A DNA stretch of 64,000 bases from a virus. The position numbers and the translations under genes are program-made. Positions within the stretch are counted from its first letter, which is position 1; each line of letters starts with the position of its first letter. The stretch is taken from IMG/VR virus record IMGVR_UViG_3300037071_003688; one strand, 5' to 3'. Below, piece by piece: positions 22,034 to 34,165 of the stretch. The notes beneath the pieces are model-generated. The model saw only the letters and a program-made list of their open reading frames with translations, was not told the origin of the DNA and ran no database searches.

Positions 22034-23446
22034 GCGACCATGCTACAGCCGTAGGTGCTGGTCAACTCTGTTGACAAACCGTGGACATTCTGCGCATAAT
22101 AATGGTGTGAGGGAAGGTCCCTCCGCTGAAAGGATCCGGATGTTGAGCAACTGGGGCGCCTACCCCGTCGAGCGGTTGAGACCGGACAGCGAGACCTGGG
22201 AGAGGGGCACGTGCTACCTCGGCTCGTGGGCCGACACCCTCCTACGAGCCGCCTACGAGCGTGGCGAGGACGAAGCGGTCACCGCCGATGGCTGGCGGTA
22301 CAGGTACGCCTACGACAGATGAAAGGAACCACATGACAGACTTCGACCGAATCGCCGAGGCTTTCGCTGATGAGTTCGGCCGCACTCCACCGATGCATTG
22401 GGAGGTCTGCGGCGCCTGTAGCGGCCGGGGCATCATGACGTTGAAGCGGCTGGCGATCTCGTCCGAGGACTTCGACGCCGACCCGGACTTCCGGGAGGAT
22501 TACTTCAACGGGGTGTACGACGAGCCGTGCGACGAGTGCCGGGGCCGCACCACCGTCTCGGTGATAGACGAGAGCCGCCTGACGACCGCGGAGGTCGCCT
22601 GGGTCGAGGAGTGGTGGGCCGACGAGCGGGACTACGCAGCGTTGGTCGCGATGGAACGCCGGATGGGTTGCTGATGACCACCATCGGCTACACGAACTAC
22701 ACGAACCTCGATGCCTACTTCGGGCGGGGCTACCGACGCGGCGACCGGCTCGTCAAGGGCTACAGCGGCGAGATCGAGATCAGCGACTTGGAGTACGACC
22801 TGGAAGCGATCTTCGCTCGCCACAACCGTGACGACCGCCCAGACGGCAGGCTTTGCCCGTCGATGTCGGTCGGCGATGTAATCATCCTCGGCGAGGGTGC
22901 CTTCACCGTCGAGAGCGAGGGGTTCAGCCCGATCAACCTCGACCTGCGAGATCTGATCACCGACCGCACATGGAGCGAGGTCGACCGATGAGCGCCGCCT
23001 GGATCGTTATCGGCTGGCCCGACGCCCACGACCGGCGCACCATCAGGAACCGGCGCACCGGCGAACTGATCGGCTACATCCGCTCGACACCGGACCCGGT
23101 CCGTTACTTCGCCGAAGATCGCAACGGCTTCCCGATCGAGGGGACGTTCTACACCCGCCACAACGCGCTCGACGCGCTGATCGAATCGACACGGCGATGA
23201 TCTTCGAGGTCGACCATGAGCGCGACGGCTACTCCGTCGAGATCTACACCGAGCCGGACGCCAACGGCATGATGGACTTCCTCGGTCGGATCGACCTGTT
23301 CTCGGGCTGGCTGTACTTGGAGGATGGCCGCGAGTTCGAGATCCCGCACGCCCTCGTCGGGCGAGACGCCATCCGGGCGTGGGCCACCGCCAAACTGTGA
23401 AATGTGTTGACAAACCCGGGACGACCTGGGCATAATGTAGTTGGAC

Positions 23447-24718
23447 ATGGAAACCACCACGATGACCACCAACCTGAGCTTCACTCCCATCGAGTCGACG
23501 CTCACCGGCGTGAGCATCCACCTCGCCGACTACCTGAACGTCAAGCTCGCCAAGATCAACAAGCGGCTCGCCAAGATCGGCGCTCCCGCCGCCACGTTGA
23601 CGTTCGGCCCGGAAGTCGAGCGCACCGAGACCGACGAGTTCACCGGTTTCAAGCGCACCTTCCGCGAGTTCGAGTTCGTCACGGTCACCGGCTTCGAGGC
23701 CAAGTTCGCCGGTTGGACCGGCGTCGCCGTCCTCGACTGGCGGCTCGACCCGCACGAGGCATTGGTCGCCAAGTTCCCCGGCGAGGAAGACACCGCCGTT
23801 AGCGAGGTGTTCGTCCGGGAGGGCGCCTGGTGCGACCACTGCAACAAGATCCGCTCCCGCAACACCACGGTCCTGTTCCGCCACGAGGACGGCACCGAGA
23901 TGCGGGTCGGCACTTCCTGCATCCTCGACTTCATCGGAGTCGACCCCTCCAACGTCACGTGGCTCGCCACCCCGATGTTCGGCGGCGCCGACGACGAGGA
24001 GGAGTTCCGGACCGGCGGTGGCCGCTTCGAGGTCTCGCCCGCCGAGTTCCTCGCCGCAGCCGCCGAGGCGACTCGCCTGTTCGGGTTCGTCAAGTCCCGC
24101 CCCGACACCGCATACGACACGCCGACCCGGTCGCACGCCGCGACGCTCTGCTACCGCCGCCTCAACGACTACGAGAAGAAACTGTACGCCGAGGTTGACC
24201 ACGGCCGGGGCGCCGCCGAGGCCGACAAGATCCTCGCCTGGGTCGATGAGGTCAACGACTTCTCCGACTTCATGCGCTCCGCCAAGCTCGCCTGCCGGGC
24301 CGATCGGGTCATCGACCGCACCGAGGGTCTGCTGGCGGCGCTGCCCTTCTCCTACATGAAGGCGATGGGCAAGCTCGCCGAGCGCAAGGCAGCCGCCGCC
24401 GCCAAGCCCACCGACTTCCTCGGAACGGTCGGCGAGAAGCTGACGGTCGAGGGCACCGTGACCTTCAAGATGGCGATGGAGCCTTACGCCTACAACGGGC
24501 CGACGCCCTATCGACTGACCATCGTCACCGACGACGGCTACACGCTCACGACGAAGGGTTCCGGCAACACCCTCTGGGAGGCCGAGGTTGGCGACCGGAT
24601 CACCTGGACCGGCAAGGTCATCGAGCTTGAGGATCACGAGAAGTGGGGCAAGCGGACCGAGTGCCGGATGGTCAAGATCAAGATCCTCGTCCCCGCCGCC
24701 GAGGCCACCGACGAATGA
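23447..24718 (+). CDS. Zn-finger and probable C-terminal OB-fold protein
   Basis: CDHC..R.R...VGTSC; FLGTVGEKL..EGTV beta-rich C-terminus. Confidence 0.65.
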   Translation: METTTMTTNLSFTPIESTLTGVSIHLADYLNVKLAKINKRLAKIGAPAATLTFGPEVERTETDEFTGFKRTFREFEFVTVTGFEAKFAGWTGVAVLDWRLDPHEALVAKFPGEEDTAVSEVFVREGAWCDHCNKIRSRNTTVLFRHEDGTEMRVGTSCILDFIGVDPSNVTWLATPMFGGADDEEEFRTGGGRFEVSPAEFLAAAAEATRLFGFVKSRPDTAYDTPTRSHAATLCYRRLNDYEKKLYAEVDHGRGAAEADKILAWVDEVNDFSDFMRSAKLACRADRVIDRTEGLLAALPFSYMKAMGKLAERKAAAAAKPTDFLGTVGEKLTVEGTVTFKMAMEPYAYNGPTPYRLTIVTDDGYTLTTKGSGNTLWEAEVGDRITWTGKVIELEDHEKWGKRTECRMVKIKILVPAAEATDE

Positions 24719-27700
24719 GAAAGGAAACCACCATGACGACCGACGCCTGGACCGAAGCCCACCGCTTCCCGTTCAACACCGACGAGAACTGGTCCGAAAC
24801 CGAGGAAGGTCTGCTCACCATCCACGACATGAACCCGGGTCTGATCGCCCCCGGGATCGCCGCCCGAGTGATCTACGAACTGCGCCTCGACGTCGCCCGC
24901 CTCAACAGCGAGGCCATCGAGGTCACCGCCAAGTACCGGAGGGAACTCGCCCTCCGCCTGGCAGCCGAAACCGAACTGGCGCTGATCAAGACCGCCCTGC
25001 GAGACCTCACCGCATGAGAAAGGAAACCACCACGATGACCTGGAACTACCGCAAGTACGGCGGGCTGGTCACCTACACCACCGACATCAACACCTTCGCT
25101 TGTGTTGTCGAAGGCTGGGATGACGGACCGTGGAAGTGGTACGTCTACGAAGATCCGATGACCCACCACTACGGCGGGACGCCCGAGTCGGCCGGTGAGG
25201 AAGCCACCATCAAGGAAGCGATGGCCGCGGCCGAGAGCTACGCCACGGCGGTGACACGATGAGCGGCGAGATCACGATCACGATCGTGCCCGACTCCCCG
25301 TGCCCCGACTGCGGCGCCGCCTGGGGTCACCCGGACAAGGCGCTTGACTTCCCGAACCGCCCGAAGGTCGGCGACGCCGATGGGACCTGGTGGTGGAAGT
25401 GCTACAACCCCGCCTGCGCCCGGGACTACTACCTGCCGCTGCTCTAACCGAAAGGAAACCACCATGACCACCCACCGACTCGTGATCCTGAGCTACGAGG
25501 ATCCCACCTACCGCCACGTGATCGCCGAACGCGAGACCGAGGCGAGCCTGGCCCGCATCTCGGCCGGGGTCAACATCAACCTCAACCACGACGAGTTCTT
25601 CACCGAGATCGAGGAGGTCGACGGCGATGAGTGACACCCGCTGCCTGGAAGCCGGGCCGGACTGCCGGGGCCGGGTCGAGATGTGGACGACGGACGGCCT
25701 GCGCTACTGGCCGCGCTGCGACTTCCACGGCGAACGCCGCTTGGAGCGGTACGAGAACTCGCTCGAACGCTACGCCGATAGCCCGCTGGCGCCCGACTGG
25801 TTCGATCCGACCATCGCCGGTGAACGCTGGGACGACGACTACTGATGCTCAAGACTCCGTCAACAGAGTTGCCAACCTCGGACCATCGAGGTAAGGTTAA
25901 GTGCAAGAGAGGAGAGGAATGACCACGACATACACCCGCCGCTACTTCCTCGAAATACGCGGCTCCCCCGAGGTGGAAGTCACCGAGGCCGAGTTCGTCG
26001 CGGCTGAACGAGCGAACGGCATCAACCCCAGCTACGGCGAGGATCCGGACCGGCCCGTCACCGGCGGCTTCGGCAATGCTCGCATCCGTGCCCGCACGGA
26101 GACCATCTACAACTAGGAAAGGAAACCACCACATGGACACACTCGGATTCGGACTGCGCAACGCAGTCCCCAACACCGCCGAAGCGGCATGGGGCGCACG
26201 CTTCATCATCTACGCCGATGGCGGAGTCGACTTCGTTCCCAACCGGACCGACGTCGTCGGCACCACTGAGAGCAAGGCGGCACTGCTCGCACTGCTCAAC
26301 GAGAAGCTGCCGAAGCGGGCACTGATCGACATCATCAGCGCCAAGATCAAGGCGTACGAGATCTCGACACGAGAACCCAACGAGGTCGTCCTGTTCGACG
26401 CTGACGGACTCAAGGTCGTCGGCAACTCGAACGGCTCGCACGGCTACTTCTACGTCGCCGCCTTCCCCACCGCGAGCGTCGCATGAGCGCACTCCCTGTC
26501 GCACTTGACGACGGCCGATCGACCGTGGCACTGCGGATCCTGTCACACCGTGCCCGCAGGAACCTGACCCGGCTCGTGCCCGACCTGGACAACTGGTGCT
26601 CGATGCGCGACGGCCACGTGTTCCTCATGGCCAGCGACGATCTCGACGCCGCGCTGGACGCCATGCCGCGCTACTGCCGGGGTTCGATCCGGCCGCTCAA
26701 GCGCCTCCCATCCGGTGACGGTTGGGGCCGGGCATGGCGATCGGTGACGACATGAGGCTCAAGCCGTTCGCGGTGACGCTGACCTACTTCGTCGGCAACA
26801 TGGGCACGTCGTCCACCATCGACGTGTGGACGGCGACGGCGAAGGCGGCGCGCGAGTGCGGCGAGTCGTACGCCCGCGAGGAAGGCATCCCCGACGCCAC
26901 GATCACGGTCACCCCGCACCGTGAATACTCTTGACAACCCTAGTCCGGATGGGAGATAATACAGACGTGACAGAAACCACCACCATCTACCGGATCGCGG
27001 AGGGCACCGAGACCGCGGACGGCGTCAAGCCCGTCTGCGTGATGTTCGCACTCTGCGACAACGACGCCACCTTGCTGATCCCCCACCCGGTCCTCGACTG
27101 GGTGTTCTCGTGCGAACGCTGCGCCCGCAAGCTGGGCTACGACGTCAACGACAACCTGCTCACCGCCGACGTCAGCTTCGACTGAAAGGAAGCCACCATG
27201 ACCACCTCCACCCCCGCCGACATCAACCGGCTCGCCACCCTGCTCGAACGAATCGAGATCCTCGCCAACAAGATCGACATGCCATTCGAGACCGACGTCG
27301 GAGCGAAGTACATCCGAGTGGTCGACACGAGCTACAGCCGCTCGGTCCACGCCTTCGTTGATCGCGAGACCGGCGACCTGTTGAAGGCTGGCGGCTGGAA
27401 AGCCCCCGCCAAGCGTAAGGGCGGCCCGGCGACTGTCGGCAGCCTGCTCAACGACGACGACTTCGCCACCATCCTCGCCCGCGCCGACCGCTACGGCGGC
27501 TACCTCTACAAGCGTCCCTGACCGAAAGGAAACCACCACATGACCACCGACGATGACATGGTGTTCGACAGCCGATACGCGCTCTACGGGTACGCCAGGG
27601 CCGAGGCCGCTGACGCCCTCATTGACGAGTTCATCGCCACCCTCACCACCGAGGATCTCGACGGGATCCACAACGCTGTGAGCGATGAAGCCTGGGCGCT

Positions 27701-28805
27701 GGTCGACCGCTGCTCGACGTGGTGCGTCGCCCGCGGGATCGACATCAACGCCCTCGGGTTCTCCGACACGGCGTCGCGCGAGTGCTTCCTCGACGCCGCC
27801 TTCGAGCGCAACGCCGAGGCGCCGCTCACCGCGATCGAGGTGGCCGAGACGCTGATCAACGGCAACATCTCGACGGCGCGCGAAGCGATCGTGCTGAACC
27901 ACACCCCGCACGAGGTCGCCGTGTTCACCATCGACGTCGTGCTCGCCCTCGCCGAACTGAGCGGCGAGGCGGACGACGGAGGCGCCTTCGCCGAGGCGCT
28001 CGGGCGGGTCCGCAGGTGCGTGAACCGTGGCTGAGATCTGCGAGGCCACCGGCGGCGAGGCTTCCATCAGACGATGGCGATGCTGTTCGCGATGGGCGCG
28101 AGGCGCTCGGTCTCGTCAAGTGCCTGCTGCCCCGCGACATGTGGGACGCGCTCCCGGGCGGGGTCCCGTACTACGTCATCCTCGACAAGTCAACTCTCTT
28201 GACGAACCCGGGACGAGGCGAGTAGTGTTTCAAGAAATGAAAGGGAAACCACCATGAAACTGATCCTCAAGATCCCTGACGGCGTCGACCCGGTGCTGGC
28301 GATGGAAATGACCATCGACCGGATGGAGGCGCTCTCCGATGTCGGTCACTCGCCTGCGCCCGGCCCATCCCGATTCGATCTCGACTTCGGCATCGACCAC
28401 GGCCTCGGCTGGTGGAAGATCGAACCATGAGCGGCGTCGAACGCTTCGAGTACCCGCAGTCGCCCGGCGACTGCTACATCGAACTCGGCGAAGTGATCGG
28501 CGCCGGACTCGCCGACGACGACCGGCTGATCCTCGACGCTGACGGCGCCTCGAACTACATCGCCAACCTCATCAGCGGCTTCACCGGCGACGAGGTCGAC
28601 GGCGACGGCGACCCCTGGTCGATCGTCTGCGAACACCTCCACGGCCTGCTCCACAACCTGAGCGAGGCTCTGCACTACACGAACCCGGACGCGCCCTACA
28701 GCGATCTGGGCGACGCTGGTGTTCTCGTCCGCGAGTACCTCCGCGACGAGTACGGCCTCGAAGTCAACCCACCCGCCAAGCCCACCCCGCAACAGGAGTA
28801 ACCCA

Positions 28806-29012
28806 ATGCCAACCACGCACCCACCGGTCACCATCAAGGATCCGGTCAATAGCTCGATGATCTGTGAACGACTCAAGATCGACGCGTCCGCGCTTTCGCA
28901 GTGGCAGACCCGCTACGAGACCTTCCCGGTACCGAAGCTCCACCTCGGCACGAACACGAAGATCTGGGAGTGGTCCGAGGTCAAGGACTGGCACAAGCAG
29001 AACCGCGGCTGA
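28806..29012 (+). CDS. AlpA/excisionase-like HTH protein
   Basis: ICERL....LSQW....FPVP....IWEWSEVKDW. Confidence 0.7.
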   Translation: MPTTHPPVTIKDPVNSSMICERLKIDASALSQWQTRYETFPVPKLHLGTNTKIWEWSEVKDWHKQNRG

Positions 29013-29374
29013 ACATCTGTTGTAGCGTCGCGGGCAGGCAACGACAACAGGAGGATGATCGTGGATGATGCGTGGGTAGTGCTGACGTGTCGTGACGGCG
29101 TGGCGGAGTATTGGGCGTGGTGTCGACCAAGACGCGACAGCCCCGGCTTCGATGAGATCTTCTACACACAGCGCGACGGGATCACCGCGTTCAGCCCGGA
29201 CGGCGACCAACTCCCGCAGTTGATGGGGCATGTGTTCACGCTCATGTTCCCGAGCGAGGGGGTTGCCTCGACGGGCGCCCGATTTCCCGAGCGGGTCGAC
29301 CTCCGGAGCAACGCCGAGTGGCGACCGGCCCCCCCGACGCTGGCGGTTGAGACGGATGCTGGGAGTCCCGGCTG

Positions 29375-30010
29375 ATGGGCGCGACGACGACGATGCGGGA
29401 ACTGGCAGCACTGTGGCCGGAACTGACGAGTGAGGAACGACTCAACTATCGGGTGAGGTTCGGCGACGACGTGTTGGAGATCATCTCGATAGAAGCTGGG
29501 GGTGAAGACGCGACAGTCCGCGGATACCAGTTGAACGGGCCGATGGCCGAGGAGCAGCGCGACGACAGATCCCGCGCGGCCCGGGTGAGAGTGTTCCCGA
29601 TCCGGATGGGGATCGAGATCCTCGACCGCGACGAACCCGTCGACAACGACGACCCCGGCCCGCCGCCGACGCTGCGCCTGGCCGACTCCGGTGACATCGA
29701 ACCGATCGAGCCACCCCCAGCGGCCTCCGTCGACGGCAGCACCATCGTGCCCTCGAACACCACGGCGGCGCCGCCTGAGAACTGGGCCGGTGACCCGGCC
29801 TACGCCCCCACGCCCGAGCCGCCTCGTTCGAGCGCGCTCGACATGCCCGTCGACACGTGGGCGAGCACCGCAGTTCGCCTCCCACACGAGATCCTGGATA
29901 GAGCCTCAAAGGAAGCCCGGCGGCGTGGCATTAGCCGCAATATCTTGATGGCTCATTTGCTTGACCAGGGGCTTTCCGGCCTCGAAGGCCGACCCCTCAT
30001 CGGTAACTGA
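29375..30010 (+). CDS. Protein with a C-terminal ribbon-helix-helix
   Basis: TAVRLPHEILDRASKEARRRGISRN. Confidence 0.65.
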   Translation: MGATTTMRELAALWPELTSEERLNYRVRFGDDVLEIISIEAGGEDATVRGYQLNGPMAEEQRDDRSRAARVRVFPIRMGIEILDRDEPVDNDDPGPPPTLRLADSGDIEPIEPPPAASVDGSTIVPSNTTAAPPENWAGDPAYAPTPEPPRSSALDMPVDTWASTAVRLPHEILDRASKEARRRGISRNILMAHLLDQGLSGLEGRPLIGN

Positions 30011-30047
30011 TTTGACAACCGTTCCCATTTCGTGTAAAGTTAAATAT

Positions 30048-31949
30048 ATGGGAACCACCACTGCTAGGTCAGCCCGATCAACCAACAACCATCCGAAGCC
30101 GATCACGGGCCGGGTCACCGAGTTCCGGATCGGCCCCTACCGAGTGCTCGAAGCGGGCGATGAGGCCGACGTCCACTTCCCCGAGAAGCGCAAGTCCTAC
30201 CGTCGAGCGAAGTTCGTCTACGCCGTGGGCAACACGCTGGTGTTCGTCAAGCCTGACACCGGCGGACTGGTCGGCGTGCTGCCCGACAAGGTCGGCACCA
30301 TCCACCGTCTGAATCGTTTGAGAGGCTCCGAATGACCACCATCCGATTGAAGATCACCTACGAGTGGTCCGGTCTCGAAGAACTCTGCCTCCCCCAAGCC
30401 GACAAGGTGATGGCCGCTCTGATGGCGACCGATGACCGCGAGCCACGAGCGTTGAACCGACCGAAGGTGTCGATGGACGTGAAGCTGATGTCGCACCGCT
30501 ACGAAGGCCCGGACCGCCCGTACGAACAACCGGTCGAGCACGAATGAACCTCACCCTGACCGCCGAGCAGAACGCCGACCGGGAACGGCCGACTTGTGCG
30601 ATCAAACTTCCGTCGCACGTCGGCACGCCCGCCACATGGGCAGACGCCAATCACCCGCAGTGGTACGTATGCGACCGCCACCGCCGCCAGTACGAGGAAC
30701 GAGCGGACGAGTTCGGCCCGTTCGCCTGGGAACCAATCTGATGCAACTCCAACTCAGCGACTCGCAGAACGCCGACCGGGAACGGCTAGGAGCATGCGTC
30801 GTGGTCGGCCAACTGTGCGGCTATCACGCTGACGGCCGTCCGAAGCCGCCCATTGATGCCGCCTGTGCGTGCTACCAGTTCCCGCCCCGCCAGTTCGCCG
30901 ACGCCGCAGCACCATGCCCGTGTGGGAAGTTGACCGGCAAACCCGGCTGGACCCTGGCTCCCGGCTTCAAGCAGATGAAGCCCTGCCCGGATTGTCGTGA
31001 CGGCAAGCCGATCATCGAGATACGGGTGCCGTGTCCGAACAACTGCACGCGCTTCGATGGCAAGGTACCCGGTCACATTTACGGGTCGAACTGGCCGTGG
31101 GTGCCGTGCCAGACGTGCATGGGCACGATGTTCGTCGTGGTGGCTCGGGCCACCGTCACGCTGCTGCCGGTCCTCGACGCCACAGACACCAACGACCACG
31201 TCAACGTGCGACACGTCTGCATCGCTCAAGGCAGCGACCCGGCCCCGCAGGCGTTCTTGGACGGCGGCTCGGCCGGTATGCGGCGGCTCGCATTCGATCC
31301 GTTGCCTGTGGCTGGCAGGGATTGGATCGCCGTGTTCGAGGATGTCGCGTGATCGTGGTCGGTCAGCACTGGCAGTCAGGCCCGTGGCGCGAGACGCCCC
31401 GCGAGATCGTGATCGAGGCCGTGCTTCCCATCGGGGCCGAGATCCCCGAGGATGTCGCGTTCCGGTTCCTCGACGGAGAGCAGACCTCGACGTGCTCGCT
31501 CAACGCCTTCCGCCGGACCTACGTCGAGGTGCCATCGTGAGAGTTCGTCGCTTCCCGCGCAAACCGATCGACCGGTCCCGGCCACCGCTCGGCCCGGGCG
31601 GGGCGAGGGTCATCCTGCTGTATCCGAACGGTGCCAGCACCGGGATCACGTACACGTCGGTCCAAGCACTGGCGAAGGACCAGACCTCATGATGCCGCCG
31701 GACTGCGTCCTGTGCGAGGAGCCGATCGGGTCGCTCGACGTGGTGCGGATCCACCCGGGCTACGCCCACCGCGAGTGCGCGATGCGGTCGGCGCTGGGCG
31801 GGATCGGCCACTTCGAGGATCACGACTTCTGGTGCGAGAACATGGGCGACCCGGACGGCGGACGGACGTACCATCAGTCGGCGCTCGAAGTCGCCGCGTT
31901 GTGGGACGCCGGGAAGATCTCGTCTTCCGAGTCGGGTGTGGGAGACTGA
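30048..31949 (+). other. Small hypothetical genes
   Basis: 30048-30335, 30332-30547, 30544-30741, 30741-31352, 31349-31540, 31537-31692, 31689-31949, all coupled. Confidence 0.6.
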
Positions 31950-31954
31950 CGACC

Positions 31955-32638
31955 ATGCGACTGTTGTTCCGCCCGCTCGGTGTGTGGCCCCGACAACTGA
32001 CAACCCATCCCGATCGGTCCCCGTTCACAACCGGATGGTCGAGCACCGTCGATCTCCTCGAACGTGAGATCAACCATCTGATCCTGCGGTCGAAGCCCGA
32101 GGTGCTGATCCAGATCGACGCTCCCGAGGGAGCGATGCGGATGGACGGCGGTCTGCGCGCTGACGCCCGCGCCAAGTTCCACGGCGTGATGATCTCGTTC
32201 GAGTCGAAGTACGGCCCCAAGAGCTTCACGTGCGACCGGTACAGCGCGCCGAACTGGGCGAACCGCGGCGAGCAACCGTGGAAGGACAACGCCCGCGCAA
32301 TCGCGCTCGGCCTCGAAGCTCTCCGCAAGCTCGACCGCTACGGGATCACCGACTCGGGCCAACAGTACGAGGGCTGGAAGGCGCTCGGCTCCGGGATCCC
32401 GATGCCCGCCGCCCAGATGACCGTCGAGGACGCCGCCCGGTTCATCGCCGTCCACTCGTCCGCCATCGACATCAAGACCGACGCCTGGCGGATCCTGCTC
32501 GGCGACCCGGATCTCGTGAAGGCCCGCTACAAGGACGCCGCCTGGAAGCTGCACCCCGACAGTGACACGGGCGACGCCGCATTGTTCAAGCAACTCGGCG
32601 AAGCCCGAGATCTACTACTGAGAGAGGTTCGAGTATGA
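31955..32638 (+). CDS. Phage DnaJ-domain protein
   Basis: N..AIALGLEALRKLDRYG; C-terminal J-domain KLHPD. Confidence 0.85.
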   Translation: MRLLFRPLGVWPRQLTTHPDRSPFTTGWSSTVDLLEREINHLILRSKPEVLIQIDAPEGAMRMDGGLRADARAKFHGVMISFESKYGPKSFTCDRYSAPNWANRGEQPWKDNARAIALGLEALRKLDRYGITDSGQQYEGWKALGSGIPMPAAQMTVEDAARFIAVHSSAIDIKTDAWRILLGDPDLVKARYKDAAWKLHPDSDTGDAALFKQLGEARDLLLREVRV

Positions 32639-33481
32639 GCACCGACCCGAACGACCAGGGCGCCATCGGCGCACGCCGCAACGAGGTCGTGCGCAGCGAG
32701 CCTGTCAACGAGCAGTTCGCGCAGTACGTCCAGTCGACGGCGTTCTCGCTGTCGCTCGGCCGGACCCACATGCGGGCGCTGATCCGGTTGGCGACCCGCG
32801 ATCCGTTGTGGATGTCGAGCAACGGCAGCAGTAGCCCGACCGCGCTGCACGGCCTCGAACGGCGCGGCCTGGTCACGCACCATCCGCACGTTGGCGAGCC
32901 GCCGCCGTTCGGCGACGACGCCCAGGACTGGGAGTTGACGACGGCAGGCAAGCTCGTCGTGATGTTGCTCGCCGAAGCCGGTCTCGTGCAGGCCGGGCTG
33001 ATGTCGGAGTTCCCGCCGCCGCCGCCGGGCTGGACTGACCCGCGCCCGAAGATGGTGCCGCGCCGCGGCGCTGATGGGATGCCGATCGGCGACTGGGATC
33101 TCATGCCATCGGATCGGGAACTCGCAGGGTCCGCCACAACCAGTGACGCGAGGTCTTAGGATGCCGGTCATGTCGGACCCAGTAGGCATCAAAGAACTCG
33201 CCGCGCGCCTCGGCTCGAACCGACGCACCATCTGGGTGTGGCGCGACGAGAAGCTGATGCCCGCACCCGACTACGCGTTCGTCAACAACTACCCGGCGTG
33301 GGAGTGGTCGAAGGTGTTGAAGTGGGCGGGCGACTCGGGACGCCTCCACCATGAACCGGCCCGGCAGGCGTACCGCGAGATGTTCAAGAAAGAACCGCGC
33401 GCCTACCGTGGGGGCGGGCCAACTCCGAAGGACATTCGCAAGGTGACCGAGAAGGTGCGCAAGCAAACGGCCAAGGCGTGA
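32635..33481 (+). CDS. Winged-helix-like protein (32635-33159) and HTH protein (33161-33481)
   Basis: LHGLERRGLV..WELTTAG; VGIKELAARLG..MPAPD..PAWEW. Confidence 0.6.
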
Positions 33482-33674
33482 AACCCGTCGAGTGCTCTCG
33501 CTACGCAGCGGAGGGGTACGGCCGGAAGGTCACCGACTGCCCGACGCTCTGCAAGTCGTCATGCCTGACGGAGCAGGAACTCGCTGAACTCGCATACCCG
33601 CTCCATCACCCCGCGACCGCTCTGGCGAACTACAGGTCGGGCCGTGAAGTGTGGGACACCAACGGAGACATGTG

Positions 33675-34106
33675 GTGATCAAGCCGTTCACGCTCCTCGT
33701 CGCCGGTCTCGCCGGGCAGCGGGCGGCGCAGGCGATCTCGGCTGACAAGGTGACCCAACCGGTCCGCGATCGGGTCCTGTTGTGGTCGATGGACGACAAG
33801 CAGACATCGACGCAGTACGAGCGCCGAGCGAAGATCGCGCAGTTCATCCACTGCCCGCACTGCACCGGGTTCTGGTTGTCGGCGGTGACGCTCGCTATGT
33901 ACTCGGTCGTCCGGCGGTACCCGCGCAATCGCACCGCGCGTGGGATGTCGCTCGTGGTCGAGTGGTGGGCGGTGGCGTCGATCCAAACGATGCTGACGGC
34001 GGCGTGGGCGATGTTCTCCGACGTCGCGCATCATGCCGAGGTCGAGACGAAGCTCGCCGAAGCCGAACTCCTCAAGCAACGCCAGGCTCATATCCCACCG
34101 TCGTAA
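33675..34106 (+). CDS. DUF1360-like membrane protein
   Basis: D.VT.PVR...CPHCTGFW plus hydrophobic helices; upstream of the portal. Confidence 0.7.
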   Translation: MIKPFTLLVAGLAGQRAAQAISADKVTQPVRDRVLLWSMDDKQTSTQYERRAKIAQFIHCPHCTGFWLSAVTLAMYSVVRRYPRNRTARGMSLVVEWWAVASIQTMLTAAWAMFSDVAHHAEVETKLAEAELLKQRQAHIPPS

Positions 34107-34165
34107 CCACGTCCGTGTAATCCCCGGGGGCTACCATGCTGCGACATGGCCGTGGGAGGATGAAC

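Larger units (their letters stand above)
21181..28801 (+). other. Block of small early genes
   Basis: 21181-21402, 21402-21638, 22140-22322, 22333-22674 (CxxCxGxG), 22674-22991 (YodL-like SMSVGDVI), 22988-23200, 23197-23400, 24733-25017, 25035-25262, 25259-25447, 25464-25634, 25627-25845, 25919-26116, 26133-26486, 26483-26755, 26752-26934, 26967-27185, 27198-27521, 27540-28034, 28254-28430, 28427-28801. Many are preceded by GAAAGGAAACCACC. Confidence 0.65.

Noticed and set aside
18548-24637. Long minus-strand ORFs (18548-20335, 22760-24637; similarly 13459-14733, 41683-43050, 50819-52105)
   Set aside because: Antisense shadows of GC3-biased + strand genes, with no motifs or RBS.
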